This document shows, one piece after another, positions 49,375-58,076 of a stretch of 64,000 nucleotides of DNA (positions within the stretch are counted from its first letter, which is position 1; every line of letters begins with the position of its first letter). The notes beneath the pieces were generated by a model. It did not search any database. It was not told where the DNA came from and was given only the letters and a program-made list of their open reading frames with translations. Source of the stretch: a virus; the IMG/VR virus record IMGVR_UViG_3300044801_000206, positions 2,606-66,605 of that record, one strand, 5' to 3'. The position numbers and the translations under genes were made by a program.

Positions 49375-52300
49375 TTAGTTGTTAAAGCTCACCGCATTTA
49401 CGTGAATGGTTGCCGCACTCGTGGTATTGGTTTTAGCTTCAAATACAGGGCTTACCCCGTTGCTGGTTAAAATATGGGCGGTCGATGAGCCAACTGATAC
49501 CCCGTCAAAATAAAAAGTCACCGTTGACGATGTGACAGTAATTTTGATAACGTGCCAAGACAGATCAGCAGTCTGCGTGGGACTCAGCGATACATCTTGT
49601 GTGCCTCCACCGTCACTTGTGTGACACGCCCAGATTCCCGCCGATCCTGTGTTAGTCACATCACACCACATAGCCTCCGAAGAAATTATCGTTGATCCTC
49701 CATATAACCCATTAAATCTGCGCAGTCCAACGCCAAAGTAGTTATTCGCTGCCGCTCCCAAAGCAAAGCGCCCCTGAAATGTGTATACGGTGGTGCTGGC
49801 AGCCGGATAAATACCATTGGCGTTATCGACAAACACATCCAGCGTAGAGTCGTTGCCACTTATTGCCCCGCTACTTATACCCACTGAACCTATGTAATTG
49901 GCGCTAAAATCGTCGTCTGCGATTCCGCCTGTTCCATTTGGATTGGCGAGGCGCCAACTGTAATTAGCAGTAAGATAGTCTCCATTGCTGTCATTGTCAT
50001 CGCCGTGGGTGAAGTAGTCAATAAGGGACACTCCAGTGGCTCCTAACGTGGGCGTACCTCCCCCGCCTGTCGCCACGCAGGACCAGCTATGGGTCGATGT
50101 GTTGTATAAGTCCGCGCCTGTGGCACACGTTGGCATCGCCTGTGCCGCCGGAGGCCCACTGGCCCCCACGTTCATCAACACCGTGTCTTGCGCCTGAGCC
50201 GGAAAGTCTTGCAAGGCCAACGCCGACGCCGATACCACATGCGACGCATTCTGGTGCAGGAGTTGGGTGCCGCTCGTGTTGACCGTCCCGCCCGCGCTGG
50301 AGAGGTTCACGTTCGTTCCGCCGTAGGCTAAGCCCTTGGTGGTGGTCGTGGTGTCCAGCGTACCTGCCGGGATGGTGGTGGTCTGATTGTCGGCTGCTGG
50401 CGTGATGGTCCAAGCGGTCGTCGGAGGCGTCAGCGTGACTTTCGACCATTGCGACAAGCCAGCCGTAGAGGTGCTGGTGCGGATCAAATTGGCGGTAGCG
50501 GTGGTGGGTCCCAGTTCTACGTCAGTGTCGGCAGCCACATCGGGAATCGTGTAGATCCGCGCCGCTGCACTGGTGCCGGTCAACTTAATGTTGTTGGTGG
50601 CAGCGCCTCCGATAAAGAGCGCACCAAATGGGTGTCCGGCGACGCCCACGGTTGCTGTTCCGGAAGTCCCTGAATCCGCAATGCTCGTCGTGACGGTCGG
50701 TGTCGTCAGAACTGCGTTGGTTGCAGTGGCCCCCGATGGCAGGGCAAGCACGCCAGTGGCGCTCGCGGTGATAGCTGCACTACCGGAGGTCCCGCCATTG
50801 AGGGTCACGGTTCCAGAGGTCCCGCTGGTGCCAGCGACAGTAAGGGCACCCGCTGTAGTGCCCTGGATTCCCAGGGTAGGCGTGACTGAGTAGGCTGGGA
50901 CTGTCGTCAGCCCGGCGCTGACGAGGAATTGTCCAGCAGCCACGGCGGTAATGAACCCGGTCGTGTTCGCCGCGCTTTGATAGTCTAATGCCCCTGCGGT
51001 GCCGGCCGCCACGCCCGCCGCATAGCCAGTGATATTGTCCGCTGTTCGAGCCAGAGTACCTGTAGTAGCTGGCAGGGTGAGCGTCACAGCCGCCGCGTTC
51101 GCGCCGGGCTGAACCGTCGCCGGGTAAGCGTTCGCTCCACCAATATTCAACAGCAATTTCCCTGGAGTCGAAGCGTTATCACCCGCGATGGTCAAGCTGC
51201 CATTTGCGCTTGCGGTATTTTGCACGCCCAGTGTAGGGGTGATTGTCCAGGACGATGCCGAGGTGCTTGACGTGTTCGGGACGGCCCCGGCGACAGCGGA
51301 GGTCGCGTTCGTACCGCCTTTGGCAATCGTAACGGTTGGCAGATCTGCCGCCACAATCGCGGCTACGTTCTGCGTTCCGGTGGCGTCAATGTAGGTCAGG
51401 AATTCATTGGCTGTCCGTGAGGCTGCGGGCACAACTTCCGTCGCAACCACGGTAGTTCCCCCCGAAGCCTCAAACTGCGGAACATGGGCACTGGAACTGA
51501 AAAACAGCGAATCAGCCGCCGCTGCAATGGTCGAAGTCAGAACCGCTGGACCCGTGCAGGTCAGCGTGCCGTTGCTCACAGTAGCGGCGGTCGGAGCGCT
51601 CGTGAAGCCAATCCCAGCGAGCAGAATCGTGATAGCCCCAGGGGTATTAACGGTGACTGCGATTGATGCGGTGGCCCCAGACCCACCGCCATTGCTGAAA
51701 GTCAGCAAGCAGGTGCCGGTCCCGGTAGCGCTTATGCCGCTCGTGTAGGTAGCCGCCGTGACACCGTTCGCGCTGCCCACCTCGCCACCAGACGCGCCGA
51801 AGGTCGACCCACCGCTGAATCCCCCAGGAGCCGTGATTTTGGCCCCGCTGACGAGCGTGACATTCCCAGAGCTATCCAATGTAGGTGCGTTGGTTTCCGT
51901 TTGTGAGGTCGTCGTCCCACCGCCCGTCATAAACGTGTGGTTGACCAATGCCCCGCTGCTGACGACGGTGACCGTGCCGCTGCCCGCTGGACTGGCACAA
52001 TTATTGGAACCTGAGGAAAGCCCCTGCGAAAACTGCCCCCCTGAACAGACCGTTGGGTAGCTGGCCAAGTTGGTGGCTGTCCCGGCGTTGCCAGTGATGG
52101 CGAAGCCCCCGGTGCCGGTCATGTTCGTGACCGCCAGGTCCGGGGCGTTCGCCTGAAACGGTATGCCCTGCATCCGGCCATGCGTGCCGTCCCACCAATA
52201 AGAGCAGGTGGTGACTACGTTGTACGTTGCGGATACTGGGCAGGCGTCAAAGTTCGTTGGCATCGCTACGGTGTAACTCGCGGCCGCAGCCTGCGTGAAT

Positions 52301-53880
52301 GTGAAGTTGAGCGCCTGACCTGGCGTGCATCCGCTCAGAGTCGATGACGTAACGCTGGCGCTCAACGCAGTTGATAGAGTGAAGTCATCCACAGTCCCGC
52401 GCGTCGAGGAATTACAGGAGAAGGTGGGCGTGGCTGAGAAGGTGACCGCGTGTGGAACCGCCACGTTTCCAAGCCCATGCCCGCCCTCGTCCGTACCGGT
52501 TTGGATCAGGGTTCCATCGCTGTTGAGCAAGCCATTACCAGCGGCCCAAAGGGCCGTAATGTCGGCCAGCGCCGCAGGCTCCAGCAGACTGGGGATTGAC
52601 GCCGATCCCTTCAGCAACCCTATAGTGGAGGTGTAAATCGGGCCAGTGATGGATGCGCCGCCGCTTGTGTCGGCTGGCGTGGAGTTTGCGTCGCCCGCGC
52701 CCCCCTTGTCATCATAGAACCCACCATCCTTGCAGGACGCGATAGTTCCAATCTTGCCCGATCTTGCCGTGCAGGAATCACAGTAAACGTCGCATGCGCC
52801 TACCGGATTGATATACGGTGGAGTCGTAGTGAACCCGCCTACGCTAACGCGATTGTAGTTGGTGCCATCCAGCGAGGAATGGCCGGTCGCAGTGGCCCCA
52901 CACATCCGCCGCGGATTACCAGAAGGGTCAAACGCTATCACGCAGTACCCGTAGACCGTGCTGCCGCCAGTGCCTTCATTTGCCACGCCGACTGCCGGGT
53001 AGTTTGGCCCTTGCATGAGCGCCCCGCCAGGAATACTCGATCCGGGCGTCCATGTGTTCAGCGCGGAGCAGTACTTCCGCAATCCAGACGTGGTATTGAA
53101 GATGTCTGCTGTGACTCCAGCCGTGCATGTGGCCGGATCTGAAGCGACGGAATGGGCTATGCCGTTTACGATAGTCGCGCCACCCGTCGCGGTCGAAGTC
53201 GCGTCCCCCGAAAGCGCATTGAACGCCCCAGAACCCCCGTTGAGTTGCGCCCAACCCCCAGTCGTTATGGAGGTACATGCCGGGGCGGTGGTCCCGGACG
53301 GGGCATTGCACCAGTAGTCGTTGTGGTTGGTTGTATCTGAATAGAAGTCGCCGGGCAGGTTGCCTGCTACTGAGCCTGGAGCGGCTGTGCCAAAAAACTT
53401 CTGCGCCGCAGGAGCCACGCCCCAAGTGGGCGTCGTGGATGCGCCAGAGAGCAATGGGAGCCCGGCCGTCGCCGTGCCATTTAGAATGCCAAGCGCACTC
53501 CCTCCACTGTAGAGGATGCCCCCGTTGCTGGCCGTCAGATTGGACGCAGTACCGCCATACGCTAAACCGAGCGGCAAGGACAGCGTGGTCCCCCAAGAAG
53601 CCCCGGAAGAGACAATTGTTAACCCGGACCCGGTTGGGTAACTGAATGTCCCGCTGCCACCCTGCGCTTGATACACTCCTCCGATGCAGTAGTAAATCGC
53701 CCCCCCGGACGGTGCATCCGTCGCAATCCAAACATCTCGGTTGGAAGTGCAAGAGACAGGGATGTTGGCCCGTGGACTGGCGCCGCGGGTTTGCCAGCGG
53801 GGATCAGGAGGGCTACTACCAGGCTGCCCCCAAATAGCCGCTGCTGAGATCAAGAACAGTGCAACGATAGCACGTTTCAT
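49375..53880 (-). CDS. Giant Gly/Thr-rich fibre-like protein with signal peptide and C-terminal ConA/LamG-like domain
   Basis: MKRAIVALFLISAAAIWGQ. C-terminal ADLSWHVIKI..VTFYFDGVSVG. Confidence 0.7.
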   Translation of the reverse strand: MKRAIVALFLISAAAIWGQPGSSPPDPRWQTRGASPRANIPVSCTSNRDVWIATDAPSGGAIYYCIGGVYQAQGGSGTFSYPTGSGLTIVSSGASWGTTLSLPLGLAYGGTASNLTASNGGILYSGGSALGILNGTATAGLPLLSGASTTPTWGVAPAAQKFFGTAAPGSVAGNLPGDFYSDTTNHNDYWCNAPSGTTAPACTSITTGGWAQLNGGSGAFNALSGDATSTATGGATIVNGIAHSVASDPATCTAGVTADIFNTTSGLRKYCSALNTWTPGSSIPGGALMQGPNYPAVGVANEGTGGSTVYGYCVIAFDPSGNPRRMCGATATGHSSLDGTNYNRVSVGGFTTTPPYINPVGACDVYCDSCTARSGKIGTIASCKDGGFYDDKGGAGDANSTPADTSGGASITGPIYTSTIGLLKGSASIPSLLEPAALADITALWAAGNGLLNSDGTLIQTGTDEGGHGLGNVAVPHAVTFSATPTFSCNSSTRGTVDDFTLSTALSASVTSSTLSGCTPGQALNFTFTQAAAASYTVAMPTNFDACPVSATYNVVTTCSYWWDGTHGRMQGIPFQANAPDLAVTNMTGTGGFAITGNAGTATNLASYPTVCSGGQFSQGLSSGSNNCASPAGSGTVTVVSSGALVNHTFMTGGGTTTSQTETNAPTLDSSGNVTLVSGAKITAPGGFSGGSTFGASGGEVGSANGVTAATYTSGISATGTGTCLLTFSNGGGSGATASIAVTVNTPGAITILLAGIGFTSAPTAATVSNGTLTCTGPAVLTSTIAAAADSLFFSSSAHVPQFEASGGTTVVATEVVPAASRTANEFLTYIDATGTQNVAAIVAADLPTVTIAKGGTNATSAVAGAVPNTSSTSASSWTITPTLGVQNTASANGSLTIAGDNASTPGKLLLNIGGANAYPATVQPGANAAAVTLTLPATTGTLARTADNITGYAAGVAAGTAGALDYQSAANTTGFITAVAAGQFLVSAGLTTVPAYSVTPTLGIQGTTAGALTVAGTSGTSGTVTLNGGTSGSAAITASATGVLALPSGATATNAVLTTPTVTTSIADSGTSGTATVGVAGHPFGALFIGGAATNNIKLTGTSAAARIYTIPDVAADTDVELGPTTATANLIRTSTSTAGLSQWSKVTLTPPTTAWTITPAADNQTTTIPAGTLDTTTTTKGLAYGGTNVNLSSAGGTVNTSGTQLLHQNASHVVSASALALQDFPAQAQDTVLMNVGASGPPAAQAMPTCATGADLYNTSTHSWSCVATGGGGTPTLGATGVSLIDYFTHGDDNDSNGDYLTANYSWRLANPNGTGGIADDDFSANYIGSVGISSGAISGNDSTLDVFVDNANGIYPAASTTVYTFQGRFALGAAANNYFGVGLRRFNGLYGGSTIISSEAMWCDVTNTGSAGIWACHTSDGGGTQDVSLSPTQTADLSWHVIKITVTSSTVTFYFDGVSVGSSTAHILTSNGVSPVFEAKTNTTSAATIHVNAVSFNN

Positions 53881-53887
53881 AGTCCCC

Positions 53888-54262
53888 TCAGAACTGATCA
53901 ATGCTCACGATCGCAAAATCCGTGGCGTTATCGGCCCCAATAAACAGGCCGGTGATGTCGCGGTTGTTGGCCCATTCCTTCCCGCGCGGGTACCAAGCAC
54001 CGGGTGACAGTATCCCAAGCACGTTGGTATAGGCCGTCTCATCCGGGTTGGCCGCACTGCTGCACACGTAAATGTTGCCGGCGTTGTTCGGGTTTGCTTG
54101 GATAAAGATCCCGTTGAATTGGTTGTCTGGGGTGAGATCAATATTCACGGGCTGGATGTTCTGGGTGAGAGGCGCCGATACGGTGGCATAGCTGGCACCG
54201 GGATAAACCTTGCCCAATGGCCATGGAAATTTCACTGTACCCGTCTTTACGTTGGTGGGCAT
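53888..54262 (-). CDS. Small beta-rich putative virion protein
   Basis: IFIQANPNNAGNIYV..GILSPG motif. Confidence 0.6.
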   Translation of the reverse strand: MPTNVKTGTVKFPWPLGKVYPGASYATVSAPLTQNIQPVNIDLTPDNQFNGIFIQANPNNAGNIYVCSSAANPDETAYTNVLGILSPGAWYPRGKEWANNRDITGLFIGADNATDFAIVSIDQF

Positions 54263-54363
54263 AGAGATACCTGTCCTCGCCCTTTATAATAAAGCGGATA
54301 CCCCTGATTTGGCTCCGTTTACCTTTTCATACTGACGTACAATAAGACGACGGGCACTAAACC

Positions 54364-54702
54364 ATGCCATGGTTTTGCAAATTTCGCATCCTGAAAAGGA
54401 TTGCATCTCTGGAGAAACAAATGGGAACACAGGCATCAGACATCGCATCCATTGCAGCCGCCTTGACGGCTGCTCAAGCAGATTTGACCACCACGACCAC
54501 GACGCTCACCAATATCGCTACCGACATTGTGAGCTTGCGCGCCACCATCACAACCCTGCAAAATCAACTTGCAAATAACCAGCCGATCGAGGCGCTGGAC
54601 ATCCTGGTAACCCAGGCTAACGCCTTGAAAGCGCAGGCTGATGCTGTTCTGGCGCAGGCTGGGACCACTGATCCGCAACCAACCCCAGCGCCGGCCGGAT
54701 AG
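54364..54702 (+). CDS. Coiled-coil protein on the opposite strand (start may be 54421)
   Basis: Heptad-like pattern. GGAG RBS before 54421. Followed by a terminator. Confidence 0.65.
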   Translation: MPWFCKFRILKRIASLEKQMGTQASDIASIAAALTAAQADLTTTTTTLTNIATDIVSLRATITTLQNQLANNQPIEALDILVTQANALKAQADAVLAQAGTTDPQPTPAPAG

Positions 54703-54729
54703 TAAAGACTGTCGAACAGACCAAACCGG

Positions 54730-54758
54730 GCCGGGAGCCGAAAGGCTTCCGGCCTTTT
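54730..54758 (+). terminator. Intrinsic terminator
   Basis: GCCGGGAGCC-GAAA-GGCTTCCGGC followed by CTTTT. Confidence 0.75.
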
Positions 54759-54805
54759 CCTTGTCCGCCGGGCGGACAGAGGCGGGGTGATCGCACTCAA
54801 CTTGT

Positions 54806-54882
54806 CGGGGCGTAGCGCAGCCCGGTAGCGCGCTTGCCTTGGGCGCAAGAGGCCGTTGGTTCAAATCCAACCGCCCCGACCA
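54806..54882 (+). tRNA. tRNA-Pro(TGG)
   Basis: Acceptor CGGGGCG/CGCCCCG. Anticodon arm CTTGC-CTTGGGC-GCAAG. T loop TTCAAAT. Encoded CCA. Confidence 0.95.
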
Positions 54883-54887
54883 CTTCC

Positions 54888-56813
54888 TCAATATGGATTG
54901 CCTACTCGTTGTCCACGCGTGAGTCGCGGGCTGGCGCCTTTGCCTACGCCGTGAGGCGGTTCGACCGGCGCTTCTTGAGCTTGCTGTGCGATCCGCTCCA
55001 TCACTTGAGCTACATTTGGGAAGTCTAGGATTTCCAACAGCGTCTGCCGGTCAATCGCATTGAGGCGAAATAAGGAAATCGCTGTCTGTTTGTCCCGATC
55101 CTTTTTGCCGCCGTGCATACTCCCAGCGGCGATCCTGACCGGGAATTGCCGGAAATGGTCCTCCTTCGGCGCATACCAAGGGACCATCGTACCGGGGTCG
55201 TAATCGAAATCTTCCCAAGTAATCCCGTCCTTGCCGAGCATCCACATGCGTTGCCGACGGCCGTAGAACTGGAAGTAGTTCGAAACGAACTGCGTTCCCG
55301 CGGCGCGCATGAATGGTTCGATATGTCGTGAGTCAAGCCTGAAGATTGAGCCGGCGTTGTCGCGGAATTGTTCTACCGTATCCCCGCCGGGCACTTGCCC
55401 TTTCCTCATCATGCCGGCTGTATCAAGCGCTCCGGATTGCCGGTCAAATGCTTTGTCTACCCGGTCCATAAACACGGCTACGTAGGCCGGCAGGTTGGCT
55501 GGATCAATGTATTTGGCATTGACTCCCCATTGAGCTTGCGGGTTCATCTTCAATGTCCCGCCATGGCGGTCTGGGAAGAAGTTGCGATAACTGGTGTCAT
55601 CCAAAGCGCCATCACTGAAAGCCATTTGCGGGTCAACCGCTCTCTCGCAGAGATCCAACGTACCGGCGCCCACTTTGTTCATGGCGATCTGAAGTGGAGT
55701 CAGGTTTCGGTAGGCACTGATCCCGCCCATGCGCCATACCGCTGGCCGAAGCGTCAATTGAGCGAATGGATAGAGCCCATGCCAGTACGGTGCAGGCCCA
55801 TCATACAAAATCTTCGACCCGGCCCAGACCATCAGCCGTTTCCGAGGGAATAGCCGCTCACCCGGCGGTACGCGGTAGTGATAATTGTGCTCCTCCAAGC
55901 GTAGCCGCGGATCTTTGATCTGCACTTCGACCGGAGAGTCGTTGATGGTGGGGTCGTCAATCCAGTACTCTTCCACTTCTACCGCAGCGAATGGCCCGGA
56001 TTCGCTGGCCATGCTGATACCCGCCCGCCCCGCCGGCGCCATGCGGGTAGTCGGGCTCATTGCCGAAGCGGAATAGTCTGGGATTAGACTGTCTGGATAA
56101 GATCCTCCGATGAATTGAAGGAAACTCCCTGTGATTTCCCTCTCAATGCCTTCGGCGGATTGGCCGAAACCCTGTTTCACCCGGTGGAGCGGTTTGAACA
56201 CCCGGTAGAGTATTGCGGTGGAGTTTTGGATATCCGGCCCTGGTTGGATTGGCAATACCATATCGAGGCCACATGGCATGACCAGCATGCGGGCTGGCAC
56301 GCTGTCCGTTGCCATGGTCGCACTAATCTTCCAATAGCCGGTCGAGAGCAAGGAGTGATCGACTACGGCTTCAGTCTTGAGATCCAAATCATCCGTGTCC
56401 CAAGTGGATTTAATCAGCTTAATTAGAATCTCCGACTGCTTCTGATACTGCGGGATGTTCGATTGGGAAGAAACTTCCATCGCCGGCCGAATGTCAGTCA
56501 ACGCACAGAGGGAGCCCAACCTAGCTTCGGCCATCCGGTTGTCAAAGAATTGGCTGCGATACCGGGGGCGGCGGTTGTTGTAGAACCGGCCTTCCAGCAT
56601 GTCCGTGTACGGCTTGATGAAGTCCCGCTCAGGGTTCAGTTTCAACGTTTCAATAGCTTCGAGCCGCGCCGCCTGCCGCCACGCCTGCATGCTTGATTTA
56701 TAATTGTCGGGGAAATCGAGCGTGCCGCTTTTCTGGTTGTAAACCAGGGGTGATCGCGGGGCAATGCTGTCCCACTGCGGGCCGCCCGGCATCTGGATCA
56801 CGTTCGAACTCAT
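54888..56813 (-). CDS. Portal protein
   Basis: 641 aa downstream of terminase. TGYWKI, VEEYW, LYDGPAPYWHGLYPF, LQIAMNK resemble P22-like portals. Confidence 0.85.
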   Translation of the reverse strand: MSSNVIQMPGGPQWDSIAPRSPLVYNQKSGTLDFPDNYKSSMQAWRQAARLEAIETLKLNPERDFIKPYTDMLEGRFYNNRRPRYRSQFFDNRMAEARLGSLCALTDIRPAMEVSSQSNIPQYQKQSEILIKLIKSTWDTDDLDLKTEAVVDHSLLSTGYWKISATMATDSVPARMLVMPCGLDMVLPIQPGPDIQNSTAILYRVFKPLHRVKQGFGQSAEGIEREITGSFLQFIGGSYPDSLIPDYSASAMSPTTRMAPAGRAGISMASESGPFAAVEVEEYWIDDPTINDSPVEVQIKDPRLRLEEHNYHYRVPPGERLFPRKRLMVWAGSKILYDGPAPYWHGLYPFAQLTLRPAVWRMGGISAYRNLTPLQIAMNKVGAGTLDLCERAVDPQMAFSDGALDDTSYRNFFPDRHGGTLKMNPQAQWGVNAKYIDPANLPAYVAVFMDRVDKAFDRQSGALDTAGMMRKGQVPGGDTVEQFRDNAGSIFRLDSRHIEPFMRAAGTQFVSNYFQFYGRRQRMWMLGKDGITWEDFDYDPGTMVPWYAPKEDHFRQFPVRIAAGSMHGGKKDRDKQTAISLFRLNAIDRQTLLEILDFPNVAQVMERIAQQAQEAPVEPPHGVGKGASPRLTRGQRVGNPY

Positions 56814-56941
56814 GCGCTACTCCTTGTCCGCCCGGCGGACAGAATTGGTGGGAGCAGGGGGTGCGGTGGGCCAGCCAAGGGGAAAATTAAGGCGGTACCC
56901 CGCCACTTTGGGTCTGGCTCTGCGCTCTGCTCCCATAAGCT

Positions 56942-57490
56942 TTATCCACTCCCCTCCGCCGCCGTGATTGTCTCCATCATCTTGGCGTCAACTGCCTGTA
57001 CGGTACATGGCGGCCCACTCGCTACCGGCTCTGGGTTTTTGCCCTTCAGAGAGGTCAATGATTTCGTCATCTCCCACACCCCGCTCGGCACAGACATTGA
57101 GTTCACCCATTGCCCTGGCATGCCGGCGCTCTGGAGGCGCTTACCGTCCGCAGAGATTGTGGCATTGGTAGGAACCTCGCCAGGGGCTGACAAGCCTTCG
57201 GCTTTATTGAAGGCCTTCAACTCTGCCATTGAGGATATGAATGTGGCTTCCGGCTGGCCACTAATAGACGACAACTTGCGATAGGCCCAAAAGCCGTCCA
57301 TTTCAGCACCTTCTTTGCGCGGGTCCGTGTACTTGTGCAGGGAGCCGCTGAAGACTACGCCAAAGCGGGACATCAGCCGCTCTCTACCGCCACCGCACTG
57401 CGGGCACGGCGGATCAGCCACATCCCACCGGGAGAGGTAACAGTCCTCAGTCACCTCACAAGACCGGCAAGCCAGTTCGAAAATCGGCAT
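56942..57490 (-). CDS. FmdB-like zinc-ribbon protein
   Basis: MPIFELACRSC...CPQCGG..ERLMS. Confidence 0.75.
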   Translation of the reverse strand: MPIFELACRSCEVTEDCYLSRWDVADPPCPQCGGGRERLMSRFGVVFSGSLHKYTDPRKEGAEMDGFWAYRKLSSISGQPEATFISSMAELKAFNKAEGLSAPGEVPTNATISADGKRLQSAGMPGQWVNSMSVPSGVWEMTKSLTSLKGKNPEPVASGPPCTVQAVDAKMMETITAAEGSG

Positions 57491-57491
57491 G

Positions 57492-58076
57492 TCAACCCTT
57501 CAACGAATCCAGCACCAGATCACTGCCTTCCTCCGGCGCGAATGCCCGATCAAACGCCACGTTCAGCCGGGCCATCACGTCCTGGCCGGTCACAATGTCT
57601 TTCGAGAACATCTGCTGAAGGTCGCGGTATTGCTGCGCATCCAACAAAATCTTGAATGCGTCTGGCGCCGCTACCCCAAACCATCCTTGCTCGTAAGCAT
57701 AATCCATGAGCGCTTTCAGCTCATGCGCCAACGTAACGCCATTGCTGTCAGCCAATTGCTGGTAGAACGCTATCTGTGTAGGGTCCACCACCCACTGAAC
57801 CACCGTAGCGTCTCCCCGGCGGTCTACCGATTTTTCCACCACCGCCACAATGGCTGGCGCGTCAGTGGTCCCGATCGCCGTGCTGATCCGCTCTGCCCAT
57901 TCCGGTGCGATCATTATCCCGCCTTTGGCGAGATCCCGCAAAAGCCCGGTGGCCACAGTCGAGAGTTTGGACTCTATCGAGCCGTTGTCCTGAACATGCG
58001 CTGCGATTGCATTAGCGTCAGCAACGCTCAAAGGCACTGCTACGCCGTAGAGGTAGAGTCCGTCATTCTTGCCCAT
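57492..58076 (-). CDS. Hypothetical protein
   Basis: AAGGA RBS. Overlaps the end of the terminase gene. Confidence 0.65.
   Translation of the reverse strand: MGKNDGLYLYGVAVPLSVADANAIAAHVQDNGSIESKLSTVATGLLRDLAKGGIMIAPEWAERISTAIGTTDAPAIVAVVEKSVDRRGDATVVQWVVDPTQIAFYQQLADSNGVTLAHELKALMDYAYEQGWFGVAAPDAFKILLDAQQYRDLQQMFSKDIVTGQDVMARLNVAFDRAFAPEEGSDLVLDSLKG

Noticed and set aside
43141-54293. Shared TTTATTATA..GGGC motif upstream of the genes starting at 43132 and 54262
   Set aside because: Only two short AT-rich copies, one overlapping a terminator tail, which is not enough to call a late promoter.
54806-54882. tRNA as a prophage attachment site
   Set aside because: Phage genes lie on both sides, and no integrase or duplicated tRNA 3' end is seen.
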